Shown: piece by piece, positions 45,989 through 56,799 of the stretch
How the letters are laid out: each line of letters starts with the position of its first letter
How positions within the stretch are numbered: position 1 is the stretch's first letter
Virus record (IMG/VR): IMGVR_UViG_3300027754_000043
Direction: 5' to 3' (one strand)
Length of the DNA: 64,000 nt
Source: a virus
Taxonomy: Duplodnaviria; Heunggongvirae; Uroviricota; Caudoviricetes
Position numbers and translations under genes: made by a program
Notes under the pieces: model-generated
The model's input: the letters and a program-made list of their open reading frames with translations, nothing else
The model's database searches: none
Told to the model about the DNA's origin: nothing

Positions 45989-46639
45989 TTATAATGTTGC
46001 AGTTGTTGCTTTTTTAACAGTTAAATTAATTGTAACACTACCACCAGTTTCATTTGCTATAATAGTAATTGTAGCAGTTTTATCCGATATCATTTGTGTT
46101 TTTGCAACAACACGGAATTCATATCCAGCTACTGCTACACTTTGTGCATCTTCATTATCTCCAATGAATCTAGGTGTCGTAGGTAACGTTGAATTTTGTA
46201 ATGCTCTAGTTACAAATAAATCTGCTACCGTTGAATCAGATAGAATAGCAGTATATCCTAAATTAGCATTTCCGCCTTGGAAATTCGATGTATTAGGTGT
46301 AATAGTTGACGCATTACCTGGTGCTGCTAATGTAATCGAAGTATTACCAACATTTATTACAGGTATATTTGTTGATTGTTTTGGTAATGTAATTAATTTA
46401 TATTTCAACGCCTGTGTTTCATCTGGAATTGCTTCTGTTATTGGCATATTTTCTATAATAGTACCATAATATGCTGTTCCTAATGGATGATCTGGATTCC
46501 ATAATGTATAATCAATTTCATCATCACCTACCGCAAATTGTGTAATTTTAAAAGCGTTACCACCTTTTGCTAATAATTCACGTCCTTTTAATGTTAAAAT
46601 AGCATCAATTGTTACGCTTGTATTATCTAAATATCCCAT
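45989..46639 (-). CDS. Baseplate/tail-collar-like protein
   Basis: LTLKGRELLAKG...ITQFAVGDDEIDY resembles tail-collar N-termini. Confidence 0.65.
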   Translation of the reverse strand: MGYLDNTSVTIDAILTLKGRELLAKGGNAFKITQFAVGDDEIDYTLWNPDHPLGTAYYGTIIENMPITEAIPDETQALKYKLITLPKQSTNIPVINVGNTSITLAAPGNASTITPNTSNFQGGNANLGYTAILSDSTVADLFVTRALQNSTLPTTPRFIGDNEDAQSVAVAGYEFRVVAKTQMISDKTATITIIANETGGSVTINLTVKKATTATL

Positions 46640-46682
46640 ATGTTTTTAACCTTATTTAATATAAATATATATTTATCGAATT

Positions 46683-49600
46683 TTATAATATTATAAAACT
46701 ACCTTGTGTGTTATTTGGAGTTTGGTAAACTAACTGATTACCATTTGCAGTTGTCCATTCTACAACTGGGCCACCATCGATTGTATCTGCAGAATTAATA
46801 TTAAAATCTAATGACGTCATTTGTGCTCCATTGTATCTTTGATTATTAATACCGGCAGGTAAATAATCTTGTCGTTGTGATCTTGTTCCAATCCAATTCG
46901 CAACTGGCATTGAATATGATGATGATCCATATAAACCAGTACCATATACACTTCCATATGAACTAGTAATATATGTTTCTGTCCCATTAACTATTGAGAA
47001 CTCAGAAAGAATACTACCAGTAATCGTCGGCGATAAAGCTTCACTCATCCAATACGGTGTAGATGCTGTTATATAAACACTTCCGGATCTGATTAATGAT
47101 TGATGTGAATATTCAACACTATTATATCTATCATCAACTGACGATGTTAAATATACTTGCCACTGATCATCATCCACTGCACTAACAGACATTATATTAC
47201 CATCAACTGTTCCTAGGAAATTTAAATAATCACCTGAAGCTGTTAATTGTGTTGCTGTGATTAATGTATCATAACTAACAGTTAAATTAGATATAGTTGG
47301 TAAAATATCTGTTTTGTTTCGTTCTAAAATATTTGGTTGTATTACAATACCAGTTATAGCATTAACACGTGCTGGTAATAATTGTTCGAGTTGTTTAAAA
47401 AATGACAAATCAAACAATGTAAATATTTTTATATAAGAATTAATATCATTTTTGTCAGCATATTTTTTCCAATATGATTGAGCTTCTTGTATTAATGCAG
47501 GATATTCAGATGGGTCAGTATTACCCGGATCTCCAATAAAATCATCTAAACTAGTAAAACCTAATTGTGCAATAATATCTTCATCAATCATTGTTTGAGG
47601 AGAAAAATATACACCTAATTTATTGCTGTCTAATGGAGCTTTATCAAATTGACTTCGTTCTGCTCTAGTTTTAATATCCAATGTACCAACCAGATCATTT
47701 TCTTCAACACGAACTTTGTTATCGTCATATGTTCCAGATCCTACTGAAATGCTATCATAGTAATATGTTTCTTCAATTGAATCATAAGGCGTCGAAGTTG
47801 ACCAACTAGCAAAAGATGCTGAGATATTAGACGGGTTTGGTTCTACACCTGATAAACTACCTGTTGCAGTATGATTAATTTTTTGTGTTAATGGTAATCT
47901 AAATACTAATTCATCGTATGCATCTAAATTTCCATCATATGCTGCTGGTGCTTTAACGTGATTATTAAATGCAGAATCTTCAATTGAACTAGACCACAAT
48001 CTTAATTCTTGCAACTGACCTTTTAATCTAGATGCACTTGTGCTAGTTCCACCTAAAATAACAGATCCAGATAAATTAAATGATGAAGTAGCAGATGCCG
48101 ATACTGCTGCTACAATTTTCCCGTATTTAGATTTTTTAGCAACCACAGTTAAATTAGAACCATTTGTTTTTAACATCGCAGTTAACCACCCTCCATCAAA
48201 TAACTCAATATCAGCTGATGCAGTACCGTTAATCTGTATCGTACCTAATGTACCACGTGTATAATCTAATGTAACGTGGTTGTTACCTACTGAAAACAAA
48301 TTCATTGTGCTTGGTAATAACGGATTAGTAACCACGTTATCTGTTCGGAAACGCAGCTCTACTGTATTTATAGATTGAGAATAATTTATAGTAACATTAC
48401 CTGCAGGATTATTAATTAAATCTAATGCATAATCAAAATTTAATTTTTCATATATCGGTACTCTATCCAATCTAGGTCCGCCGTACTCATTGATATTAAT
48501 CATTGAGTTTGGAATACCATAACATGATAATAATGCTTGTATACTTCGTTTAGTACCTTTTGATTTTAATAATAATGGTAAGTTATTAACAATACGACGC
48601 CAAACTGTATATGTCATATCTCGGCCAGGTACACTTGGATCTCCAACTGTATTAGAGCCTGTTAACGGAATACCCGCTTCTGATGTACCTAATACGTATT
48701 GCCATAAATCTGCATATTGATTTCCATTTTGTAAATTCCATCCAAATTGTTTTGCAACTGAATATAATAATTCATTCGGCATACCTAATTTAGGATTTTC
48801 TTCACGTTTATTAATTTGAGTCATATTATTGATATATGTATATAATATGTCATAATGATGACCTAACATATTAACAAAAATAAACATTTGATCGTTATTT
48901 TCATCAAAACGTATATGTTCTGGAATTGCTCTAGTTAATGAATTATTATTGTATGTATCATATGTAACTGCATTTGAATATAATTCTGAGTACCATAATT
49001 TAAATTCATTGCTATTAACTGAATATAATGTATATGGAATTGATGAATTTATTTTTGGTACTGGCTGTATATAACTACCCGTTAACTCAGCAACATTTGC
49101 AAATTCTTTTTCTAAATCATATGTAGTTAATTTAGAAGATGAATTATAATATAAAAATTGTTCAAATGTATCAAATCCACTAATTAAATTAGTTCGATTA
49201 GTTTGATAATCTAAAGCATTCGTTGTTGCAACACTACCTGATAATTGTGATATTGTTAAACTTTGTGAATTATAAAATTCAAGTAATTCTAATTTATATT
49301 TAAAATTTTCAACACGTTCTGTTGCTGAACTATAAAATATAAAGTTATTAAAATCTGAATAATCAATATTCAAATTCATCCCGGCTAAGCTGCCAGAAAA
49401 ATATGAATCTACAATTTGTTGTGATGTTTGTACAGATGATCCTAATAAATCATTCCATGATTTTAATTCAGTACCGGCAGATGCAATAATAGATTTATCA
49501 GAAGCATACCAATTTGGATTTGCTAATGTTTTAAATTGTTTTGTACTCTTATCTAATACTATCGATACATGATCAACATATGGTTGTTTTAATTCTTCAA

Positions 49601-50237
49601 CAATCCAACATTTATAATTAACAGAATATTTTGATGGTAGTGGTTCATATAATTTAACATATATATAATCACCAATTACAACACTATTAACAAACATAGC
49701 CGTTTGATTTCGGCTAAAGTTTAATAAATATGTTTTAAAGAATGGTTCTCGAATATGTTTAACTGTATTAATATAATTAGTAATCTCAGTTAAAAATTTA
49801 GGATTAGTATCATCAATTGCACGTAATCTAATTTCAGTTCGATCAGGCGATATATCATCTATTCGTAAATATTGTTCATTATAGTTACCAATTAAGTTTT
49901 TAAAAAAGTTAACTACTGTTGTGAATTTACCTGATTTAAGATTTAATGAATTTAATTCATTATTTAAATCTATAGCAACAGGTTCGCCGCGGAACTGTAT
50001 ACGGCGATTTAATGTCATATCCTGATAATCAGGAATAGTATTATTTGTATTTACATAATGGTTGCCAGTAACCCACGAATCGCCAGAATAAAAATGTATT
50101 TCAGTAGTATTATCATTTAAAAATGATACATCTATTTTATGTGATAATAAATTAGATTTTGATGATTCTAACCTTGTAGCAGAAATTGACTTTGTAGCAG
50201 TCTTAATTTCATCGATATTTTTATATTGTGTTAACAT
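46683..50237 (-). CDS. Baseplate wedge subunit (gp7 / P2 gpI-like core)
   Basis: WRRIVNNLPLLLKSKGTKRSIQALLSCYG..ININEY motif; LEQLLPARV. Confidence 0.7.
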   Translation of the reverse strand: MLTQYKNIDEIKTATKSISATRLESSKSNLLSHKIDVSFLNDNTTEIHFYSGDSWVTGNHYVNTNNTIPDYQDMTLNRRIQFRGEPVAIDLNNELNSLNLKSGKFTTVVNFFKNLIGNYNEQYLRIDDISPDRTEIRLRAIDDTNPKFLTEITNYINTVKHIREPFFKTYLLNFSRNQTAMFVNSVVIGDYIYVKLYEPLPSKYSVNYKCWIVEELKQPYVDHVSIVLDKSTKQFKTLANPNWYASDKSIIASAGTELKSWNDLLGSSVQTSQQIVDSYFSGSLAGMNLNIDYSDFNNFIFYSSATERVENFKYKLELLEFYNSQSLTISQLSGSVATTNALDYQTNRTNLISGFDTFEQFLYYNSSSKLTTYDLEKEFANVAELTGSYIQPVPKINSSIPYTLYSVNSNEFKLWYSELYSNAVTYDTYNNNSLTRAIPEHIRFDENNDQMFIFVNMLGHHYDILYTYINNMTQINKREENPKLGMPNELLYSVAKQFGWNLQNGNQYADLWQYVLGTSEAGIPLTGSNTVGDPSVPGRDMTYTVWRRIVNNLPLLLKSKGTKRSIQALLSCYGIPNSMININEYGGPRLDRVPIYEKLNFDYALDLINNPAGNVTINYSQSINTVELRFRTDNVVTNPLLPSTMNLFSVGNNHVTLDYTRGTLGTIQINGTASADIELFDGGWLTAMLKTNGSNLTVVAKKSKYGKIVAAVSASATSSFNLSGSVILGGTSTSASRLKGQLQELRLWSSSIEDSAFNNHVKAPAAYDGNLDAYDELVFRLPLTQKINHTATGSLSGVEPNPSNISASFASWSTSTPYDSIEETYYYDSISVGSGTYDDNKVRVEENDLVGTLDIKTRAERSQFDKAPLDSNKLGVYFSPQTMIDEDIIAQLGFTSLDDFIGDPGNTDPSEYPALIQEAQSYWKKYADKNDINSYIKIFTLFDLSFFKQLEQLLPARVNAITGIVIQPNILERNKTDILPTISNLTVSYDTLITATQLTASGDYLNFLGTVDGNIMSVSAVDDDQWQVYLTSSVDDRYNSVEYSHQSLIRSGSVYITASTPYWMSEALSPTITGSILSEFSIVNGTETYITSSYGSVYGTGLYGSSSYSMPVANWIGTRSQRQDYLPAGINNQRYNGAQMTSLDFNINSADTIDGGPVVEWTTANGNQLVYQTPNNTQGSFIIL

Positions 50238-51262
50238 TAGATAAATTCAAATTCTTGATTAGTTGTTACAGTTTTTTTACCAATATCATTGTTATTAGCA
50301 TCGCGTAATACAGTGTTAGTCGATATATAATATACTCCTGCATTTTTAAAACTATCTGAACTAGATCCATAATAGCCTGGTGATAACGGTATATTTGCTG
50401 GTTCTATATTCCAAAAACCATTTGAATTCAAACACCATGTCTCATTTCCGGCTACTGCTTCAATAACATAGTAATCATTAGCAACTATATCATTCATATC
50501 TACATAGTATTCCAGTTCAAAATATGGATATTCATTTCTTGGCTTAAAATCATATGGATTTTCAACTGTATCACCAACATTACCAACATTACCTTCAGAA
50601 TATAATATTACTTGTTTAAAATTTCGATATGCTTTTGGATTTGTTCTAGATAATCGCACCATAATACCTGTTCTACCAGTATAGTAGGGTAAAAATTGTA
50701 GTTGTATTTTGAATTTTAAAGTTTTATTTTTTTCTCGTAATAAATCTATCGCATCTTGTGTTATAGTATATCCATTTGCTCTTGGTTGTACACCACCAGT
50801 AAACGTCAAAGATTTAAATCCACTTGAATTGTAACTACCATAATACCACGTGGACTCATATGATGTATTAATATTATCTAAATCCATTATTTGATTTTTA
50901 GAATCTAGACTTGTTGGTAATATTAATTCAGTATATAAAATTTCTTCAGAATCTGCAATATTTAAATCAATTGATGATCCGTTAGATACGGTCGTAACTG
51001 GAAATTTATAATATTGAAAACTAGTATCTATTACTTTTAATGCCGAAGTAGTAGTTACTTTATCAATTATAGGTTCTATAACTAATAAATTGCTAGATGA
51101 TGGTTCAATTGAAATATTACCAGCAGTGTCGCGAGGTAATATCGTAGTATCATTTGATGTATATGTTAAACCGTTAACATAGTAATCAATTACAAAATCT
51201 GGCTGAGTTAACGGCCTTTGATATCGTACTACATCTGCAGCATTATTAATAATTGTCCTCAT
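50237..51262 (-). CDS. Putative baseplate structural protein
   Basis: 341 aa, coupled to neighbours in the baseplate operon. Confidence 0.55.
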   Translation of the reverse strand: MRTIINNAADVVRYQRPLTQPDFVIDYYVNGLTYTSNDTTILPRDTAGNISIEPSSSNLLVIEPIIDKVTTTSALKVIDTSFQYYKFPVTTVSNGSSIDLNIADSEEILYTELILPTSLDSKNQIMDLDNINTSYESTWYYGSYNSSGFKSLTFTGGVQPRANGYTITQDAIDLLREKNKTLKFKIQLQFLPYYTGRTGIMVRLSRTNPKAYRNFKQVILYSEGNVGNVGDTVENPYDFKPRNEYPYFELEYYVDMNDIVANDYYVIEAVAGNETWCLNSNGFWNIEPANIPLSPGYYGSSSDSFKNAGVYYISTNTVLRDANNNDIGKKTVTTNQEFEFI

Positions 51263-51263
51263 C

Positions 51264-52445
51264 TTATCTAACTACTTTAAAATATATTTTATCATCGATA
51301 ATTTGTTCAGTGAATCCATCTACGATTTTAAATTCTAAACGATAATAACGCTCTGGCATAAAACCATTCATATCAACGTGAATAAAATTACTTGTAGAAT
51401 CACAACTTACTTTATTATAAATATTATCATATGGAATTATGGCTTCATCTGTAGCAGCATCATATACTGCGTAATATGTAGTAGTAGGTAAGAATTTTAC
51501 AGTTTCATATGGAAATAAATTAGTAGGAGATTTTCTAGGATATTTATCTCGACTATATATTCTAATTTTAGCAATTTCTGTATCTTTATATGTAGGCTTT
51601 ATATGAGTATATACTGAATATGATTCTAAATCTGCTGCTGTTAATGAACCTGTTGTAAATGTGCTGTTATCCCAATACATTGTTAGTTTAGGAACATATA
51701 TTGTATGAGTTTCTCTACTAAAATATCTAATATAACCAGCAATTGTAGAATCTAATTCATCTGCATCTGATAATTTTAATAAAAATCCATTATTTGGTAT
51801 AGTTTTATTATTACTACCGGATATCCATAATTTAATTGCATCAGTTACATTAATATTAATATCTGTTGGGCGAGTCGTAGAATTCTCAGTTGTACTTAAA
51901 CCAGGTTGTATAAAAAATGATTGATTAAAATTATTAATATTAAACACCCCAGCGGATGGTTGATATAAAAAACTACCACCTTTACCAGACCCAGAAACAT
52001 ATATTGAAGATGAATTAACTTGTATATTTTGACTACTGGATATCCACAATGATCCTGACTTCGAATCTAAAGCCCATGTAGTTAATGGGTCTGCCCAACA
52101 AATACCATCTGTCGTAATTGGAGAATCATAATAAAACCCAGTACCATTTTTCCATGGTTGTGCTAACAATTTTGCATCGATAGTAAAATCAGAAGGTAAA
52201 TTTTTTGCATTAGTTGTGTATAATTGCAAATCGAATTTACAATCACTTAAATCTACAGAATATTTTGATAATACATCTGAAATTTCATTGATATCAAATT
52301 TTAATACTGCTCGAGATTTTTGTAATGTAACACCATCATTACCTAATCGTTTTCCGATTTCTAAAATTTCATCGATTCCTGTATTTGCGTACTCTGATGA
52401 TTCATATAACGTTGCATCATTTTCTGCATAAAATATTCTAAACAT
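51264..52445 (-). CDS. Putative baseplate/virion structural protein
   Basis: NTGIDEILE...SRAVLKFD...NNGFLLK...YFSRETHTIYVPKL pattern; operon context. Confidence 0.6.
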   Translation of the reverse strand: MFRIFYAENDATLYESSEYANTGIDEILEIGKRLGNDGVTLQKSRAVLKFDINEISDVLSKYSVDLSDCKFDLQLYTTNAKNLPSDFTIDAKLLAQPWKNGTGFYYDSPITTDGICWADPLTTWALDSKSGSLWISSSQNIQVNSSSIYVSGSGKGGSFLYQPSAGVFNINNFNQSFFIQPGLSTTENSTTRPTDININVTDAIKLWISGSNNKTIPNNGFLLKLSDADELDSTIAGYIRYFSRETHTIYVPKLTMYWDNSTFTTGSLTAADLESYSVYTHIKPTYKDTEIAKIRIYSRDKYPRKSPTNLFPYETVKFLPTTTYYAVYDAATDEAIIPYDNIYNKVSCDSTSNFIHVDMNGFMPERYYRLEFKIVDGFTEQIIDDKIYFKVVR

Positions 52446-52465
52446 TTATTTCCTTTAATATATTA

Positions 52466-53242
52466 TTAGTTTGGGTATTGTTTTCCATTACCAGTATTGT
52501 ATAATGCTAAAATTTCTATCTGAGATAAAACTCTATTCCAAACATATGTTTCATCTATTGCACCTTCATATGATGGATTAATAGAATTAAAATCCGCGTT
52601 ATAATTATTTGCTAGACCCATAATTGTTTTCTGACCAGACCAACCTATTTGAGTAGCTGTACCTGACAGATATGCAGCCGGTGTATCTATACCATTTACA
52701 TAAATTCGTATAGTATTAGCATCAATAAAAACAACTACAACATGCATCCAAGTATCTTTAGGTAATACAAAATCAGTTCTCCATTCTTTAACCGAACTAC
52801 TACTAATTGCTGCACCAGTCCCGTCACCAAACCCAGCTCTTACGCGAGCAGATCCGCCAATGAAATTTAAATTCGTAATTTGTAACCAAACACCACCTCG
52901 TATTGGACTCATATAATCACCATCTAACCAAAATGGAATACATCCACCATATGTTGTACTATAACTGTGTTTTATCCACGATGATAATGTTATTGGAAAT
53001 TGTAAATTTCGTTGAGCAATCGAATTACCAAAATCTACGTATTTAGCATTCGCATAATCATATGATACTATTCCATTAAAACCTTCATTTATTTTACCAG
53101 TTGTAAATCCAGCCCCGTTAATAGGCGTACCATTAGCAACTCCTAAAACATCATTAAAGTTATTATCTAACTTCCACCCAGCAACTAAACTAGACCACAA
53201 TGAAACATTAGATATGACTCCTATATCAGCTACACTTATCAT
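52466..53242 (-). CDS. LamG/concanavalin-like domain protein
   Basis: LVAGWKLD...WMHVVV...YVNG...IDETYVWNRVLS; probable start MISV at 53242 (ATGA overlap). Confidence 0.8.
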   Translation of the reverse strand: MISVADIGVISNVSLWSSLVAGWKLDNNFNDVLGVANGTPINGAGFTTGKINEGFNGIVSYDYANAKYVDFGNSIAQRNLQFPITLSSWIKHSYSTTYGGCIPFWLDGDYMSPIRGGVWLQITNLNFIGGSARVRAGFGDGTGAAISSSSVKEWRTDFVLPKDTWMHVVVVFIDANTIRIYVNGIDTPAAYLSGTATQIGWSGQKTIMGLANNYNADFNSINPSYEGAIDETYVWNRVLSQIEILALYNTGNGKQYPN

Positions 53243-53901
53243 ATTGTCGTATCTCCAGTTAACGACCAAGTATTTACTGAACGTTTAATTAATGATGCAA
53301 AGCTATATTGACCTGTTAATTTTAATTTATTATTATTTGATAATATAGAAACACCGGCACTGCCAGTAATAGTTGTTTGACCTGTACTATCTGATGTTAT
53401 TAATAAATGACTACCAATTGGAGTACTTAACTCAGTATTATTAGGTATTATAACGGTATTGCTAACAGATGAACTCATTGCAACTAAATTATATAAATCA
53501 CTTGAACTAATTATATACGATGAACCAGTTTGTGTATTGATAGCAATAGGTTTCGGTGCTACATATGATGCAGTTTGAGCTGTGTTAACATATGAAGCAG
53601 TTAATGCTAAATCAGCAATTGACGAACTATTAATATAATTAATATATGATGCTGATATTGCATATGATGCGGTTGTTGCTAACGTTGCACGTGAAGATGA
53701 AACAGCCCAACTAGAAGTACCATGCAATGATCCGGTAAATCCTGATGTCGATCTAGTTGACCCAGAAATTGTTAATGAACCTGATAATATAATTGATTCA
53801 GGTGACGCACCCATTAATACATTATATATATCCGATACATAACTTGCAGAAATTAAAGCTCCTGGAACAATTTGTGCATAGTTATTAGATAGTACTCCCA
53901 T
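53239..53901 (-). CDS. Short tail fibre-like protein
   Basis: TASYA repeats; C-terminal YSFASLIKRSVNTWSLTGD domain. Confidence 0.7.
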   Translation of the reverse strand: MGVLSNNYAQIVPGALISASYVSDIYNVLMGASPESIILSGSLTISGSTRSTSGFTGSLHGTSSWAVSSSRATLATTASYAISASYINYINSSSIADLALTASYVNTAQTASYVAPKPIAINTQTGSSYIISSSDLYNLVAMSSSVSNTVIIPNNTELSTPIGSHLLITSDSTGQTTITGSAGVSILSNNNKLKLTGQYSFASLIKRSVNTWSLTGDTTI

Positions 53902-53941
53902 CGTAGTTATTCCTTTTTCTATAAATATTTAGAAAAAAGAA

Positions 53942-55822
53942 TTAGTAACTAACTACGCGACCTTTAATATCTTGATTATGAAATTTAACTTCAAATATGC
54001 TAGGATCTAATGAAGGATATACAACTCCATTTCTGGTTGCAGTTCTTAAATCATATACATTACCAGAATATCCTAAATCACTATCATATAAATTGTTTAA
54101 ACTAACACCAATTACAGATTGAACTCCCCTTATATTAGCTAATGTTGTAGTAATATCCGATTTAATTATTGGCTGATTTATTTGCCAACGGTCTATGTTA
54201 AACAATGTTTTTAATGCATTAACACATTGTAATAAAACTTCATTGCTATTATAATTAGGTAACACTGAAATTTCAAAATCCACACCTATATTAATAATAA
54301 ATGCATCTTTTATATTAATTGCATCAGTTAAAATTCTATAATAATTTAAGTATGTTTTTAAATTGTCTTTTACTGCTGAATTCAATTCTGTTAATTGTTT
54401 AGAACCATTAAATCCTAACACATACATATTCATTGCTAATGGGTTTGCAATTCTACTAGCAACATAGTTATCCTGTGATATTTGATCATCTGGGACAATA
54501 TATGCTTTAGCAACGCTACCAAATTTAGATGGCATCGAATATGTTCGAATAATATAATCTTCTCTAGTAACTAAACGGTTTTGAGTTGCAAAATTAGACA
54601 ATGCATTGTTTTTAATTTCTTGCAATGTTTCAGCTGATGATGCACCACGTGCTGGTTGCATATTATTAACTACAATTGAGTTTTTAACAAAATTTGTTAT
54701 ACCAGCATTAGCAGTTGAGTTAACATCATCATTAAAACTAATATATGATATTGACTTCAATGAATTCGACGGAACATTATCTGTAATACCATTACCAACT
54801 GTATATGTAACTGTCAGTGTAGTATTACTAGGTGCTTGGCCATATGTTCTTGTATATAAAAAATTCGAAGGATCTATGTCAATATCTACCGAACGACGGA
54901 ATCCTGCTAATCCATTACCAACATTATCTGGGTTTGGAATAATTTCTTCATCATTATTATCAGATATACCAGCGCCGAATTGTATTTCTAATTTATTATC
55001 ACTTCGCATTCTAGTTATAAAACGTTTCGAAGTTTTTTTCATTTTTAATAAACTAGGACAATTGGATCTATATTGTGCAAAATCCGGATCATTTTCTAAC
55101 AAGTTAGGAACAGCTTCAAAAATAGTATCTTGTGCTAAGTATGGAACTTCATACCAATTATCACCATCTGATTCAGTAACAGATATAATTTCAATAATAT
55201 TAGTATCTGGTAATAAAACTTTATCATACGCAATCGGAGATTGAAAACTAAATGTAGCAGTTTTAGTATCACCTGATACAGCTCTTACTGATTTTTTTAA
55301 TAAATAATATGTAGGTTGATTTGTAGCATCGTTAGTTTCATAAATCGTAACCTCAGTTGGGTTAATAGATGATGAAAATGAAAAATCAACTAAATCTAAT
55401 GTTCTAAACACAGCAGCACCATCTTGTTGCTTAACACGCATACCTGGATTAACTGATAATGCATATGTAAAATCTGGACGAACTAAAGTACCAGATCCAA
55501 TCGATGGTACTAATTGATATACATCTAAATCTACAAATGCTGGATTAATACTTTTAGCTCGATAACCTAAAGATTTAGCTAAATCATAAATATTACCACG
55601 TTCCGATGCTTGTTCTAACAATGATTCTTTTAAATTATTATCAGAATAATATGATAACACATCACCTACATATGATGCTAAATCTACAAATAGCATACCC
55701 GGTGATGATTCATTAAAATCAGTATAGGTTTGTGGAAAGTATTGTTTAGTAAATTCAATTAAGTTTCTCTTGAATTGTCTAAAATCTTTTCCTAAATATG
55801 TTACTTCTTTTTTTGATTCCAT
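53942..55822 (-). CDS. Baseplate wedge subunit (gp6 / baseplate J-like)
   Basis: YTDFNESSPG, AKSLGY, YTVGNG, ETLQEIK, QNRLVTREDY motifs; follows gp25-like. Confidence 0.88.
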   Translation of the reverse strand: MESKKEVTYLGKDFRQFKRNLIEFTKQYFPQTYTDFNESSPGMLFVDLASYVGDVLSYYSDNNLKESLLEQASERGNIYDLAKSLGYRAKSINPAFVDLDVYQLVPSIGSGTLVRPDFTYALSVNPGMRVKQQDGAAVFRTLDLVDFSFSSSINPTEVTIYETNDATNQPTYYLLKKSVRAVSGDTKTATFSFQSPIAYDKVLLPDTNIIEIISVTESDGDNWYEVPYLAQDTIFEAVPNLLENDPDFAQYRSNCPSLLKMKKTSKRFITRMRSDNKLEIQFGAGISDNNDEEIIPNPDNVGNGLAGFRRSVDIDIDPSNFLYTRTYGQAPSNTTLTVTYTVGNGITDNVPSNSLKSISYISFNDDVNSTANAGITNFVKNSIVVNNMQPARGASSAETLQEIKNNALSNFATQNRLVTREDYIIRTYSMPSKFGSVAKAYIVPDDQISQDNYVASRIANPLAMNMYVLGFNGSKQLTELNSAVKDNLKTYLNYYRILTDAINIKDAFIINIGVDFEISVLPNYNSNEVLLQCVNALKTLFNIDRWQINQPIIKSDITTTLANIRGVQSVIGVSLNNLYDSDLGYSGNVYDLRTATRNGVVYPSLDPSIFEVKFHNQDIKGRVVSY

Positions 55823-55826
55823 GAAA

Positions 55827-56270
55827 TTAGCTAACTGTTAATTGTCCGTTATTTGCAGCTGATAGTGTAATACTTCTAGTATCAAACCCATTAACTGAAA
55901 ATATCAGTGTTATTTGTACATTATATTGCAAGTTTGGATCATCCTCACTTGTTATTATTTGAAGATCTTCAATTGTTATATATGGCAACCAAGCAGAAAT
56001 TGCAGAAGATAATATCTCATCAATCTGTTGCTTTAATTCAGATACATTTGGTTCGAAAACAATATATAATATATTAGTACCAAAATTCGGCTCCATGTAA
56101 CGCTCACCGATTCTAGTTAATAATAAATTCTTAAGATTTTCTGTAGCTTGTTCTGTTGTTAGATATATAGATTTAAAAATAGGAGATGTAGCTGAAAATG
56201 AAACACCTAATCCGATAGACGGTGCAACTGTTGCTTTAATATCATTTACTCCTATAATTTGGTATGCCAT
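55827..56270 (-). CDS. Baseplate wedge protein gp25-like
   Basis: NLKNLLLTRIGERYMEPNFGTNI..IVFE...WLP motif. Confidence 0.92.
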   Translation of the reverse strand: MAYQIIGVNDIKATVAPSIGLGVSFSATSPIFKSIYLTTEQATENLKNLLLTRIGERYMEPNFGTNILYIVFEPNVSELKQQIDEILSSAISAWLPYITIEDLQIITSEDDPNLQYNVQITLIFSVNGFDTRSITLSAANNGQLTVS

Positions 56271-56279
56271 TAGTTACCT

Positions 56280-56756
56280 TTACTTCTTTTTATCTGCAAT
56301 TGCTTTCATCAAAGCAGAATAATCACGTGTCATTGCTTTTTCTACTTCTGGTGCTACATCATACACTTTACCTGTTTCTGGATCTTCCATTACAGTTGTA
56401 GCTTGGTTCATAGGCTGACGCAACATACCAAATCCTTGAGCATCATCAGATGAAAATCTCAATTCATCCATACCTTCTTGTAACATTTCTTTAAATCCAC
56501 TCGGATTTGATTCAATTAACGGATCTGTACTATTTAATACGGATGCCCATTTATTCTCAGAAAATGTTACATTTCGATTTGAGTTATTATTAGTTTTTAC
56601 AACAGGTTTAGTTGTTGTTTTTATAACCGGTTTAATAGGTTTTGTCATTTCATTAATTGTAGATTGTAAGCCGTCACGAAGAATTTCAGTTAATTCTTCT
56701 TTAATAACTTCTCGCACTGCAGTTTTTAATGCTGTTATAAATGTTTTATTATCCAT
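56280..56756 (-). CDS. Hypothetical protein
   Basis: 158 aa; AVREVIKEEL; C-terminal MTRDYSALMKAI; own promoter motif. Confidence 0.7.
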   Translation of the reverse strand: MDNKTFITALKTAVREVIKEELTEILRDGLQSTINEMTKPIKPVIKTTTKPVVKTNNNSNRNVTFSENKWASVLNSTDPLIESNPSGFKEMLQEGMDELRFSSDDAQGFGMLRQPMNQATTVMEDPETGKVYDVAPEVEKAMTRDYSALMKAIADKKK

Positions 56757-56799
56757 AATTACTATCTTTTATATAAATATAAATACACCTAAAAATGCG

